A stretch of DNA of 27,828 nucleotides, from the NCBI GenBank assembly GCA_036518075.1, contig DATDNV010000478.1:1-27828 (forward strand), in the 5' to 3' direction. The notes under the pieces were generated by a model. It ran no database searches. It was not told where the DNA came from and saw only the letters and a program-made list of their open reading frames with translations. A program made the position numbers and the translations under genes. Source of the DNA: Thermoanaerobaculia bacterium (GTDB taxonomy: Bacteria > Acidobacteriota > Thermoanaerobaculia > UBA5066 > Gp7-AA6). Position 1 is the stretch's first letter. Each line of letters opens with the position of its first letter. Shown one piece after another: positions 1-8,900 of the stretch.

Positions 1-240
1 GACGAAGGGATCGTCCCGCCAGGTCTCTGACATCCAGCGATTCAATCCCGGCGCGACTCCGGCGCGGTGGGCATACGGCAGGCTCCAGCAGCGTTCGACT
101 CCCGCAGCCTGGAGGGCGGCGCGCGCGGAGTCGGGCGCGTACGGATAGATCAGCGGCGGCGCCTCGTGAATCTCGAAGAATCGCCGAATCTTGGCGGCGA
201 GTCTCTCGGGCAGGAGATGGACATGCGCGTCGACGATCAT
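1..240 (-). CDS. Amidohydrolase_2-family metal-dependent hydrolase, N-terminal 80 aa (runs off the window)
   Basis: Not in the ORF track. Manual translation from ATG at 240: MIVDAHVHLLPERLAAKIRRFF...WSLPYAHRAGVAPGLNRWM. The N-terminal D-x-H-x-H metal motif is typical of TIM-barrel amidohydrolases. Confidence 0.8.
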   Translation of the reverse strand, partial: MIVDAHVHLLPERLAAKIRRFFEIHEAPPLIYPYAPDSARAALQAAGVERCWSLPYAHRAGVAPGLNRWMSETWRDDPFV

Positions 241-270
241 CGAGCCAGCCTCGCGGCAGCCGGTCGTTCT

Positions 271-1566
271 TCAGACCTCGCGCACGTACCCCTCGATCGG
301 ATGAGCGCCGGTGGGCGCCGAAACGCGCTCGATCGAGGCGCCGAGCCGATTGAGTTTCTCCTCCATGCGAACGTAGCCGCGGTCCAGATGGTAGACGCGG
401 TCGACGACCGTGATGCCATCCGCCGAAAGTCCCGCGAGGACGAGAGCGGCAGAGGCTCGAAGGTCGCTCGCCATGAGACTCGCGCCCGAGAGGCGCGTCG
501 GCCCTTCCACGGTCGCCCGGCGGCCCTCGAGTCGGATCCGGGCGCCCATGCGGGCGAGCTCGGGAACGTGTTGAAACCGGTTTTCGAAGACGGTCTCCGT
601 GACGGCGGATGCGCCGTCGAGCGTCGTGGCGAGCGCCATCCACTGCGCCTGCAGGTCGGTGGGAAAACCCGGATAAGGCTCCGTCTCAATGTCCTGCGCT
701 CGCAGCGGACCGCTCGCCTGAACGTGAATGCGGTCACCGGAGGTCTCGACGTCCGCGCCGGCGGCGGTGAGCCGATCGGTCAACGCATCGAGGTGATCCG
801 GCCGGCACGCGGCGACGGTAACGTCACCCCGAGTCACGGCCGCGGCGAGCACATACGTGCCCGCCTCGATGCGATCGGGCACGACTGCGTGCTCCGCGCC
901 CGAAAGGGAGGAGACGCCTTCGATCCGCATCGTGGACGTTCCTTCTCCTTCGATCCTCGCGCCCATGGCTCGCAGGAGCCGGGCGAGGTCGACGATCTCG
1001 GGTTCCCGCGCCGCGTGGATCAGGCGGGTCGTGCCCCGCGCGAGGCTCGCGGCAAGCATGGCGTTCTCCGTGCCGGTCACGGTGACCCCCTCGAAGGAGA
1101 TGTCCGCGCCCTGGAGCCGATCGGCGGAGGCCTCGACGTACCCGTGCTCGATCGAAACCCTGGCGCCGAGCTTTTCGAAGGCCGCGAGATGCAGGTCGAT
1201 CGGCCGCACCCCGATCGCGCAGCCGCCGGGCAGCGAAACGCGGACGTGGCCGCTGCGCGCGAGAAGTGGCCCGAGAACGAGAACGGACGCCCGCATCGTC
1301 TTGACCAGATCGTACGGAGCGTCGGCGGATCCGATCGTTCGTGCTTCGACCGTCGCTTCGTTCGTTCCGCGAGAGAGGAAGACTCCAATGTGCTCGAGCA
1401 GGCGCTGCATCGTGCGGATGTCTCGGACGTCGGGCAGGTTGGTCAGACGGACTGGTTCCGGAGTGAGAAGGGTCGCCGCCAGGCAGGGAAGCGCGGCGTT
1501 CTTGGATCCCGAGATCGAGACTTCCCCGCGCAGCCGGGTCGGCCCTTGAATCCGAAACTTGTCCAC
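271..1566 (-). CDS. murA: UDP-N-acetylglucosamine 1-carboxyvinyltransferase
   Basis: Likely GTG start at 1566 (VDKFRIQGPTRLRGEVSISGSKNAALP). Contains LPGGCAIGVRPIDLH (catalytic Cys), PYPGFPTDLQAQ and ASDLRASAALV. The track start at 2208 is an extension overlapping prmC. Confidence 0.97.
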   Translation of the reverse strand: MDKFRIQGPTRLRGEVSISGSKNAALPCLAATLLTPEPVRLTNLPDVRDIRTMQRLLEHIGVFLSRGTNEATVEARTIGSADAPYDLVKTMRASVLVLGPLLARSGHVRVSLPGGCAIGVRPIDLHLAAFEKLGARVSIEHGYVEASADRLQGADISFEGVTVTGTENAMLAASLARGTTRLIHAAREPEIVDLARLLRAMGARIEGEGTSTMRIEGVSSLSGAEHAVVPDRIEAGTYVLAAAVTRGDVTVAACRPDHLDALTDRLTAAGADVETSGDRIHVQASGPLRAQDIETEPYPGFPTDLQAQWMALATTLDGASAVTETVFENRFQHVPELARMGARIRLEGRRATVEGPTRLSGASLMASDLRASAALVLAGLSADGITVVDRVYHLDRGYVRMEEKLNRLGASIERVSAPTGAHPIEGYVREV

Positions 1567-1577
1567 GGGCCGGGATT

Positions 1578-2432
1578 CTAAGCGCTCGGGACGCTTCTCC
1601 TGCGGGCGACCGCGACCCGAGGGATGCCGGCGAGGTCGGGCTCGACCGACACGAAGGACCAGGCAGCCCGGCGCCGGATTTCCTGCCTCACCGCCTCGTC
1701 CTGACCGAAACCGAGCTCGAACAGAAAGGGAGCGCCCGGGGTCAGGTAGGCGGGGATCTCGTCGAGCAGGTGCCGAATCGCCGCGAGCCCGTCCCCTCCG
1801 GAGAAGAGCGCGCGCTCCGGGTCGTGCTCGCGCACGGTCACGGAGAGGTCGACGGCGCCGGATTCGGAGAGGTAAGGAGGGTTCGCGACGACCATGTCGA
1901 ACGGGGGAGGCCGCGTTCCCGAGAGCCAGTCGCTCGCGAGGAATTCGATGCGCGGCAGGACCCCATGGCGCTGCGCGTTCTCGCGCGCGAGCGCGAGCGC
2001 CTCCACAGAGGCGTCCAGGGCGACGGCCTTCGAAGCCGGTTTCTCGAGCAGCCAGGTGATCGCGAGAATTCCGCAGCCGGTTCCCGCGTCGAGAACGCGC
2101 CGCGCGTCGGGCGCCTCCCGGAGGGCGGCCGAGATCACGACCTCCGTTTCGGGCCTCGGAATGAGGGCGCGGCTGTCGATGCGGAAGGTTCGACCGTAGA
2201 AGTCCCATTCACCGAGCAGGTGCTGGACCGGTCTTCCATCGAGCCTCTGCGCCCAGAGCTCGCCGAACCGAGCCGCCGCCGCGTCGGCCAGAGGGGCGTT
2301 CGGGTCGATCGCCAGGGGATTGGAATGTTTGAGGACATGCGCCAGGAGGATGCGGGCGTCCCAGGGAGTGGCCTCGGAGCCGATGTTGCGCGCCAGCCGC
2401 GCCGCACCTTCGAGGAGCTCGCGGGCAGTCAT
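1578..2432 (-). CDS. prmC: Release factor glutamine methyltransferase (HemK/PrmC)
   Basis: LIPRPETE, SAM-binding VLDAGTGCG and NPPY motifs; lies directly downstream of prfA. Confidence 0.95.
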   Translation of the reverse strand: MTARELLEGAARLARNIGSEATPWDARILLAHVLKHSNPLAIDPNAPLADAAAARFGELWAQRLDGRPVQHLLGEWDFYGRTFRIDSRALIPRPETEVVISAALREAPDARRVLDAGTGCGILAITWLLEKPASKAVALDASVEALALARENAQRHGVLPRIEFLASDWLSGTRPPPFDMVVANPPYLSESGAVDLSVTVREHDPERALFSGGDGLAAIRHLLDEIPAYLTPGAPFLFELGFGQDEAVRQEIRRRAAWSFVSVEPDLAGIPRVAVARRRSVPSA

Positions 2433-2444
2433 GGAACCAAGCCG

Positions 2445-2530
2445 TCAGCTTTCAGCTATCAGCTCACAGCCCGAAGGCCTACGCGATCTCGGTCTGACTG
2501 AAAAAGGCTGAGAGCTGACAGCTGATAGCT
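2445..2530. repeat. Inverted pair of heptamer arrays (TCAGCnn x4 / AGCTGAn x3-4) forming a long hairpin between prfA and prmC
   Basis: tcagctt-tcagcta-tcagctc-acagccc (2445-2472) and ggctgag-agctgac-agctgat-agct (2506-2530) are reverse complements except at the variable heptamer positions. Confidence 0.85.
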
Positions 2531-2533
2531 CCA

Positions 2534-3613
2534 TCACGCCTTGGCCAGCTCTTCCTTCAGCCGCTCGGCCTGAAAGTGAGCGGACAGCGGCTCGATGAGC
2601 TCGTCGAGGTTTCCGTCGAGAACGTCGGTGAGCCGGTGGGTCGTGAAACCGATCCGGTGGTCGGTGATGCGGTTCTGCGGGAAATTGTAGGTGCGGATCT
2701 TCTCGGACCGATCGCCCGATCCGACCATCTTCTTTCGTTCCGCGGCGATCGCTCCTTCCTGCTTTTCCCGCTCGATCTCGAGCAGCCGCGCTTTGAGCAC
2801 CCGCATGGCCTTCGCCTTGTTCTTGATCTGGCTGCGCTCGTCCTGGCATTGAACGACCAGGCCCGTCGGTATGTGGGTCAGGCGCACGGCCGAGTAGGTG
2901 GTGTTCACTCCCTGGCCTCCCGGGCCCGAGGCGCAGAATCGATCGACGCGGATGTCCTTCTCGTCCACCTTGATGTCCACGTCCTCCGCCTCGGGAAGAA
3001 CGGCGACGGTCGCAGCGGACGTGTGGATCCTCCCGGAGGCTTCCGTCTGGGGCACGCGCTGGACTCGATGGACACCGCCTTCGTATTTCAGACGAGAGTA
3101 GGCCCCGGCGCCCTCGATGAGGACGGTCATGGCCTTGAGGCCTCCGATGCCTGTGTCGTCGCGGTCCACGATTTCGACTTTCCAGCGCTTGCGCTCCGCG
3201 TAGCGTTCGTACATCCGAAAGAGCTCGGCGGCAAAAAGCGCCGCCTCTTCGCCTCCCGTTCCCGCTCGAATCTCCACGAAGACGTTGCGAGAGTCGTTGG
3301 GATCCTTGGGCAGGAGCAGGAGCTTCAGCTCCTCGTCTACGCGGGTAAGCCGCTCCGTCAGATCCGCCCGCTCGGCAGTCGCGACCGGGTAGAGCTCGTC
3401 GCCGGGGGAGAGCTGCTCGGTCAGCTCGCGGGCCCCGGCGAGCTCGCGCTCGATCCGGCGGCGCTCTTCGATCTTCTGAACGATCGGCTCGAACTCCGCG
3501 AGCGTTTTCTGCGCGTCCCGGACGGCCCGATGATCGGAGACGAACGTCGGGTCAGAGAGACGTTCCTTGATCTCTTCGTAACGGCGTCGAATGTCCTCGA
3601 GTTTTTCAAGCAT
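2534..3613 (-). CDS. prfA: Peptide chain release factor 1
   Basis: GPGGQGVN (GGQ), [10 protein letters not shown] (PxT, RF1-specific) and [15 protein letters not shown] motifs. Confidence 0.98.
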   Translation of the reverse strand: MLEKLEDIRRRYEEIKERLSDPTFVSDHRAVRDAQKTLAEFEPIVQKIEERRRIERELAGARELTEQLSPGDELYPVATAERADLTERLTRVDEELKLLLLPKDPNDSRNVFVEIRAGTGGEEAALFAAELFRMYERYAERKRWKVEIVDRDDTGIGGLKAMTVLIEGAGAYSRLKYEGGVHRVQRVPQTEASGRIHTSAATVAVLPEAEDVDIKVDEKDIRVDRFCASGPGGQGVNTTYSAVRLTHIPTGLVVQCQDERSQIKNKAKAMRVLKARLLEIEREKQEGAIAAERKKMVGSGDRSEKIRTYNFPQNRITDHRIGFTTHRLTDVLDGNLDELIEPLSAHFQAERLKEELAKA

Positions 3614-3621
3614 AAAAAAGC

Positions 3622-3649
3622 TTTCAGCTGTCAGCTCTCAGCTGTCAGC
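3622..3649. repeat. Heptamer tandem array (nnTCAGC x4) just upstream of the prfA start
   Basis: tttcagc-tgtcagc-tctcagc-tgtcagc. Confidence 0.8.
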
Positions 3650-3720
3650 GTGCAGACCTTGGTCGTAGCGCTAAAGCGCTGTGAAAAGAGAGAAGAGGGA
3701 GTGGACGGGCCGCATGGGCC

Positions 3721-3939
3721 CTAGGCGGGGGCGCCGGCGGGCTTCTTCTCGTAGCGCTTGCGGAATCGCTCGACGCGGCCGGCCGTGTCGACCAGCTTCT
3801 GCTTGCCTGTGAAGAAGGGGTGGCACTTGCTGCAGATCTCCAGGCGCAGCTCTTTCTTCGTCGAACGAGTCTTCCAGGTCTCCCCGCAGGCGCAGTGGAC
3901 CAAGACCTCGTGAAGCTCGGGATGCAGGTTCTGTTTCAT
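3721..3939 (-). CDS. rpmE: 50S ribosomal protein L31 (Zn-binding type)
   Basis: Start [12 protein letters not shown] at ATG 3939. Contains [31 protein letters not shown]. Confidence 0.97.
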   Translation of the reverse strand: MKQNLHPELHEVLVHCACGETWKTRSTKKELRLEICSKCHPFFTGKQKLVDTAGRVERFRKRYEKKPAGAPA

Positions 3940-3949
3940 GGGACCGCGC

Positions 3950-3978
3950 ATTGTAGGGTGCGGCCCGCTGCCGCGCAA
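3950..3978 (-). promoter_or_regulatory. sigma70-type promoter for rpmE-prfA-prmC
   Basis: Minus strand TTGCGC-17 nt-TACAAT, ending 10 nt before the rpmE ATG. Confidence 0.6.
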
Positions 3979-4106
3979 GCCCCGGAGGCCATTGCAGAGT
4001 CCGGGCTCGATCCTCCGATTCCCGGAAGGCCTTGCGGCTCAATGAGCTATCGCTACCTGGCGCGGACTAGAGGCGTGATTCCCGAGTTAGAATCCCGCAG
4101 GTCATC

Positions 4107-5777
4107 GTGTTCTACCTGTATCTGACCGCGCCGGGCATGCCTGCGCAGAAGTTCATTCTCGACCGGCCGGTCACCACGATCGGGCGGTCCTCGATGAACG
4201 ACCTTCCCATTGCCGACAAGATGCTTTCCCGCCAGCACGCGCGAATCGTGCGGGAGGGCGGTGACGGCGGCCTCCTGATCGAGGATCTCGGCTCGCGCAA
4301 CGGCACCTTCGTCAACGGCGAGAAGCTCGTTTCGCAAATCCCGCTGAAGTCGGGAGACCGAATCACCGTCGGCGGGGTCACACTCAAGGTCGAGTCGGAG
4401 TCGACGACTCGGGTTCGCATCGACGAGATCGCGGGCGAGGATCATGCCCTCGACAACACGATCCTCAAGGCCTCGGCGGAGCTGCTCCGCCAGCCCACCG
4501 AGACCGATCCCCGCCTTCCGGCGGAACAGCTCTCCAAGCTGATCGAATCGCTGCGCGTGGTCAACGAGCTCACGATCGAGCTTTTGCGCGACGTGTCGGT
4601 GGACGAGCTTCTGAAATTTCTGATGGACAAGGTCTTCGAGACGCTCCGGCCCGACCGCGCGGTCGTGCTTCTGCGCTCGAGCATCTCGGGCGAGCTCGTT
4701 CCGGCGGTGGTGCGGGTCGCCGAGGGCATCTCGGCGGAAGACATTCGCCTCTCCAAGACTCTGGTGAACACCGTCGTCGAGAAGCGCAACGGCCTGTTGC
4801 TGATGGACACGGCCAACAGCTCCGCGGTCTCGCTGTCCGAATCGATCCGATTGTCGGGCATCAAGTCAGTGCTCGCGGCGCCGCTCGAGAACGGCGGGGA
4901 AGTCGTTGGTCTCATCTACATCGACTGCCGCATGGGGCACCGGTCCTTCGAGGAGGCCGACCTGCGCCTGCTGACGTCTCTGGCGAACGTGGCCGCGGCG
5001 AAGATTCAGAACGCCCGCTTGATGGCGGATGCGGCCGAAAAGAAGCAGATGGACCGCGAGTTCGCGCTCGCGCAGGAGATTCAACAGCGCCTGCTTCCGG
5101 AGGAGCCTCCCGAGATTCCGGGCTACGAGCTCTACGGTTCCAACGTTCCGTCGCGCCAGGTTTCCGGCGACTACTTCGACTTTCGCGTGCGGTCGGACTC
5201 GAAGGTGTACGCGGCGATCGCGGACGTCTGCGGCAAAGGGGTGGGGCCCGCCCTCCTGATGGCGTCGCTCCAGGCCTCGTTCCATGCCTGGGCCGATGAG
5301 CTGGTCCCGGTGCCGGAGATGACCGGGCGTCTTTCGGATGCGATTTCCCGACGCACCGGACCCGACCGATTCATCACGTTCTTCCTGACCCTGCTCGATC
5401 CCGCGTCCGGCGAGGTCGAATACACCAACGCGGGCCACAATCAGGGTCTCGTCGTCCGCAAGGGCGGGAAGGTCGAAGAGCTGCCCTCGCACGGTCTGCC
5501 TCTGGCTCTGTTCCCGGGACGGCCCTACGGCTCCTCCAAGCTGACGCTCGAACCAGACGACTTTCTCTGCCTCTACACCGACGGCGTCACGGAGGCAGCC
5601 AACGCCGACGGAGTCGAGTTCGGGATCGAGCGGTTGAAGACCTTTCTGGTTACGCAGACCGGACACGAGCTGTCAGACGTGGATACCTCCCTCGCGCAGG
5701 TTCTCGAGCAGCACGCTCAAGGGCAGCACTTCGCGGACGACCGGACCCTGCTGATGATCCGCAGGCTGCCCGCCTGA
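4107..5777 (+). CDS. FHA-GAF-SpoIIE (PP2C/RsbU-type) Ser/Thr phosphatase
   Basis: FHA motifs IGR, SRQH and DLGSRNGT; central GAF-like region (LAAPLENGGEVVGLIYID); PP2C motifs SGDYFD, ADVCGKG, YTDGVTEA and DDRT. Confidence 0.9.
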   Translation: MFYLYLTAPGMPAQKFILDRPVTTIGRSSMNDLPIADKMLSRQHARIVREGGDGGLLIEDLGSRNGTFVNGEKLVSQIPLKSGDRITVGGVTLKVESESTTRVRIDEIAGEDHALDNTILKASAELLRQPTETDPRLPAEQLSKLIESLRVVNELTIELLRDVSVDELLKFLMDKVFETLRPDRAVVLLRSSISGELVPAVVRVAEGISAEDIRLSKTLVNTVVEKRNGLLLMDTANSSAVSLSESIRLSGIKSVLAAPLENGGEVVGLIYIDCRMGHRSFEEADLRLLTSLANVAAAKIQNARLMADAAEKKQMDREFALAQEIQQRLLPEEPPEIPGYELYGSNVPSRQVSGDYFDFRVRSDSKVYAAIADVCGKGVGPALLMASLQASFHAWADELVPVPEMTGRLSDAISRRTGPDRFITFFLTLLDPASGEVEYTNAGHNQGLVVRKGGKVEELPSHGLPLALFPGRPYGSSKLTLEPDDFLCLYTDGVTEAANADGVEFGIERLKTFLVTQTGHELSDVDTSLAQVLEQHAQGQHFADDRTLLMIRRLPA

Positions 5778-5784
5778 GTGGGTG

Positions 5785-5860
5785 GTAGGACGAAGGTGGT
5801 AGGACGTAGGGAGAGTTCCTTCGGCCCCTACCTCCTACGTCCTACGTCCTTCGTCCTCGT
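5785..5860. repeat. Inverted heptamer arrays (GTAGGAC / TCCTACG) filling the intergenic spacer
   Basis: gtaggac-gaaggtg-gtaggac-gtaggga, then ccctacc-tcctacg-tcctacg-tccttcg-tcctcgt directly before ATG 5861. Confidence 0.8.
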
Positions 5861-7204
5861 ATGAGCCGCCTTCTCGTCGAAGGCGGGACGCTGATCGGCC
5901 TGACGACCCCCGAAGACATTCGCGCGAAGACAGACCTGTACGCGGAAAACGGGACGATCCGGGCGGTCGGGGAAGAGGCCGGCCGCCTCGCGTCCCGGCC
6001 GGGCGAGCCGGTCGAGAAGCTCGACGCGAAAGGGAAGTGGGTCATCCCGGGATTCGTGCAGGCGCATCTACACCTGTGTCAAAGCCTCCTGCGCAATGGC
6101 CCGGAGACTCTGGAGCTCCTGCCGTGGCTCGAGCGTCACGTCTGGCCCGGAGAAGCCGCTCAAGACGCGGAGACGATGACGGTCTCGGCGCGGCTCGGCC
6201 TCGCGGAGTGTCTCTCCGGAGGCGTGGCGGCTGTTCTCGACATGGGCACGATCCGCCACTCCGACTCGCTGTTCCGCGCCGCCGCGCGTTCAGGCATTCG
6301 GTATACGGGCGGCAACGTGCTCATGGACGATTTCGAGACGACGCCCGTGAACCTGCGCGCCCGGGCCGAGGAGGGACTCGCCGAGACCGAGCGTCTCCAT
6401 TCCTACTGGCACGGGCGCGACCGCGGGCGCCTGCGCGTGGCGGTTCAGCCGCGTTTCGTCGTGACTTCGAGCGAGCCGTTGTTGCGCAAGGCCGCGCGCT
6501 TCGCGGCGGACAAGAACCTGCTGATTCACACGCACGCGAGCGAGAACCGAGGCGAGGTCGACATCGTCCGCATGCGGACCGGCCTCCCCAACGTGACCTA
6601 CCTCGACACCGTGGGGTTGCTGACGCCGCAGACGTGTCTTGCCCACGCGGTCCATACGGAGCCTTCGGAGCGGGAGCTGCTGGCGGTGCGAAAGACGAGC
6701 GTGGTCCACTGCCCCTCCTCCAACATGCGGCTCCAGTCCGGAGTCTGCCCGGTCGTCGCGCTGAAGGCGGCAGGCGTTCGCGTCTGTCTGGGCTCGGACA
6801 GCACTGCCTGCAACGATCGTCTCGACCCCTTCTCGGAGATGCGGCTGGCGGCGTTTTTGCCGCGCACGTCGACGCCTCCCGGGATCCTGAAAGCGTTCGA
6901 TGTCTTGCGGATGGCGACGTGGGAGGGGGCCTCGGCGCTCGGGCTGCCGGGCGAAGAAGGGCTGGTGTCGGGCGGGCGGGCCGATGTCGCCCTGCTCGAT
7001 CCGGAAGCGGCCTGGGCGCTGCCAACCGAGTGGTCCGAGGAACCGTATGGAGCGATCGTCTACGCGATGGGCCGCGAGAACGTCTTCGCGACCGTCGTCG
7101 ACGGCGTCGTTCGCTACCGGGCGAGCGATCCGACGGTGATGGGGCTGAAGCCGACGCCTGCCGAGATACGCGAGGCGGTTAAGAAACTGAAGTCACGGAT
7201 GTAG
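5861..7204 (+). CDS. TRZ/ATZ-family amidohydrolase (5'-deoxyadenosine/MTA-SAH deaminase-like)
   Basis: PGFVQAHLHLCQS (HxH), HTHASE, LAHAVH, HCPSSN and LGSD motifs. Substrate cannot be determined from sequence. Confidence 0.85.
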   Translation: MSRLLVEGGTLIGLTTPEDIRAKTDLYAENGTIRAVGEEAGRLASRPGEPVEKLDAKGKWVIPGFVQAHLHLCQSLLRNGPETLELLPWLERHVWPGEAAQDAETMTVSARLGLAECLSGGVAAVLDMGTIRHSDSLFRAAARSGIRYTGGNVLMDDFETTPVNLRARAEEGLAETERLHSYWHGRDRGRLRVAVQPRFVVTSSEPLLRKAARFAADKNLLIHTHASENRGEVDIVRMRTGLPNVTYLDTVGLLTPQTCLAHAVHTEPSERELLAVRKTSVVHCPSSNMRLQSGVCPVVALKAAGVRVCLGSDSTACNDRLDPFSEMRLAAFLPRTSTPPGILKAFDVLRMATWEGASALGLPGEEGLVSGGRADVALLDPEAAWALPTEWSEEPYGAIVYAMGRENVFATVVDGVVRYRASDPTVMGLKPTPAEIREAVKKLKSRM

Positions 7205-7526
7205 CCATCCGCTCTCAGCTTTCAGCCAGAGTTCGTGACCTGTCAGGCGGTTCGTTCTCTCTGGATTTGGGCCCGAGCGCGCCAACATTCCGAGAAGCTC
7301 GGTCTCTTCCAAATGTCATTCCGAGGAGCGAAGCGACGAGGAAACATCTGAACCGGCCCGCTGCGCGGGCCAATTAACTTTTCTGACCGGTGGCCCCTGC
7401 GGGAGCGTCCTCGGCTTTGGTATGGAAGATTTCTGGCCGCCTGGTCGCGGAGCGACCGCCGCGGCCCGTTCCCTCGCTTCGCTCGGGATGACAGCGGGAG
7501 AGCTGCGAGCGGATGGCTGAAAGCTA
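7203..7526. repeat. Outer 18-bp inverted repeat plus heptamer units bounding the convergent intergenic region
   Basis: agccatccgctctcagct (7203-7220) versus the reverse complement of 7501-7518, agccatccgctcgcagct (17/18); flanked by tttcagc and gctgaaagc units. Confidence 0.75.
7315..7492. mobile_element. Non-coding palindromic miniature element (REP/MITE-like, GTCAT...ATGAC ends), copy 1
   Basis: Ends gtcattccgaggagcgaagcgacgaggaa (7315-7343) and tccctcgcttcgctcgggatgac (7470-7492) match the ends of the copy at 18159-18254 at 28/29 and 23/23 in reverse orientation. Confidence 0.75.
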
Positions 7527-8900
7527 GGGCTCTCGGATCTCTAAACGCTTGATGATCTCGTGCAGCGTCGTCGGCTTGAGCTTCAGGAGCTCCGCGGCGC
7601 GTTTTTGGACTCCACCGGTCCGACGCAGCGCGGTGCGCACGAGCCGGCGCTCGTAGTCCTCGATCAGGTCCTTGTAGGTCGAGCCGTTCTCGGGCAGCCG
7701 AACCGGCAGGTCCGCGCGATCCGGCTCGAGGACGGTGTCGGGCAGGAGGTCCAGCGGAATCTGGCCGCCGGGACACAGGACGACGGCCCGTTCGATCGCG
7801 TTCTCGAGCTCGCGCACGTTTCCGGGCCAGTCGTAGTCGATCAGGGCGCGCAGCGCGTCCGGGTGCAAGCCCGAAATCGATTTGTTGTTCTCCGAGGCGT
7901 ACACGCGCACGAAATGGTCCGCCAGGAGCGGAATGTCCTCGCGCCGTTCACGCAGCGGCGGTATCGAGATGGTGATGACGCAGAGGCGATAGTAGAGGTC
8001 GTCGCGGAAGCGCCCTTCGGCGACCATCTTCTTCAAGTCGACGTTGGTGGCGGCGATGATGCGCACGTCGACCTTCTGCGTGTCGACGGAGCCGACCCGC
8101 ATGAACTCCCGCTCCTGGATGACGCGCAGGAGCTTGGCCTGTGTGTCGAGACCGATCGTTCCGATCTCGTCGAAGAAGATCGAGCCGCCGTCGGCGACCT
8201 CGAACAGGCCTTTCTTGTTCGCGACCGCGCCGGTAAACGCGCCGCGGACGTGGCCGAACAGATTGGATTCGAGCAGATCGGTCGGCATCGAGCCGGAATT
8301 CACGGTCACGAACGGCGCGCCGGACCGCGGCGAGTGGGTGTGGATCGCGCGGGCGACGAGCTCCTTGCCCGTGCCGCTCTCGCCCTCCACGAGAATCGTG
8401 GACCGGGAAGGGCCGGCGAGCCGTACGAGCTCGAAGACGCGCCGCATCCCCTCCGATTTGCCGACGATGCGCCCGAGGCCGTACCGGTTGGAGAGCTCCT
8501 GCCGCAGGCGGCGGTTCTCCTGAGTCAGGCGGCGTCTCTCGGCCCCCTTCTCGACGGTGATCAGAACTTCCTGGTTCTGGAACGGCTTGGGGATGTAGTG
8601 GAAGGCGCCGTCACGCATCGCTTCGATCGCGCCCTCGATGGAGGAGTAGGCCGTCACGATCACGACGACCGCGTCGGGATCGCGGCGCCGAATTTCGCGA
8701 AGCACGTCGAGCCCGGGCCGGTCGGGAAGCATCAGGTCGAGAAGCACGACATCGAAGGGTTCGGCCTCGAACGCGGAAAGGGCTTCGGCCGCGTCCCCGG
8801 CCGAAGTGACTTCGTAGCCCTCCCGGCGCAGAAGGGTATGGAGGACGTCGCGAATGACCTCTTCGTCGTCGACGATGAGGATGCGCAGCGCGTCGGTCAT
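7524..8900 (-). CDS. sigma54-dependent response regulator (NtrC family: REC-AAA+-HTH)
   Basis: Start MTDALRILIVDDE at 8900 overlaps the kinase stop (ATGA). Contains LLDLMLP (phospho-Asp), GESGTGKELVA, GAFTGA, WPGNVRELEN and a C-terminal Fis-type HTH. Confidence 0.95.
   Translation of the reverse strand: MTDALRILIVDDEEVIRDVLHTLLRREGYEVTSAGDAAEALSAFEAEPFDVVLLDLMLPDRPGLDVLREIRRRDPDAVVVIVTAYSSIEGAIEAMRDGAFHYIPKPFQNQEVLITVEKGAERRRLTQENRRLRQELSNRYGLGRIVGKSEGMRRVFELVRLAGPSRSTILVEGESGTGKELVARAIHTHSPRSGAPFVTVNSGSMPTDLLESNLFGHVRGAFTGAVANKKGLFEVADGGSIFFDEIGTIGLDTQAKLLRVIQEREFMRVGSVDTQKVDVRIIAATNVDLKKMVAEGRFRDDLYYRLCVITISIPPLRERREDIPLLADHFVRVYASENNKSISGLHPDALRALIDYDWPGNVRELENAIERAVVLCPGGQIPLDLLPDTVLEPDRADLPVRLPENGSTYKDLIEDYERRLVRTALRRTGGVQKRAAELLKLKPTTLHEIIKRLEIREP

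Noticed and set aside
1567-2208. 214-aa N-terminal extension of MurA shown in the ORF track
   Set aside because: It overlaps prmC in another frame and is low-complexity; MurA homology begins at VDKFRI (1566). There is no evidence for a fusion or frameshift.
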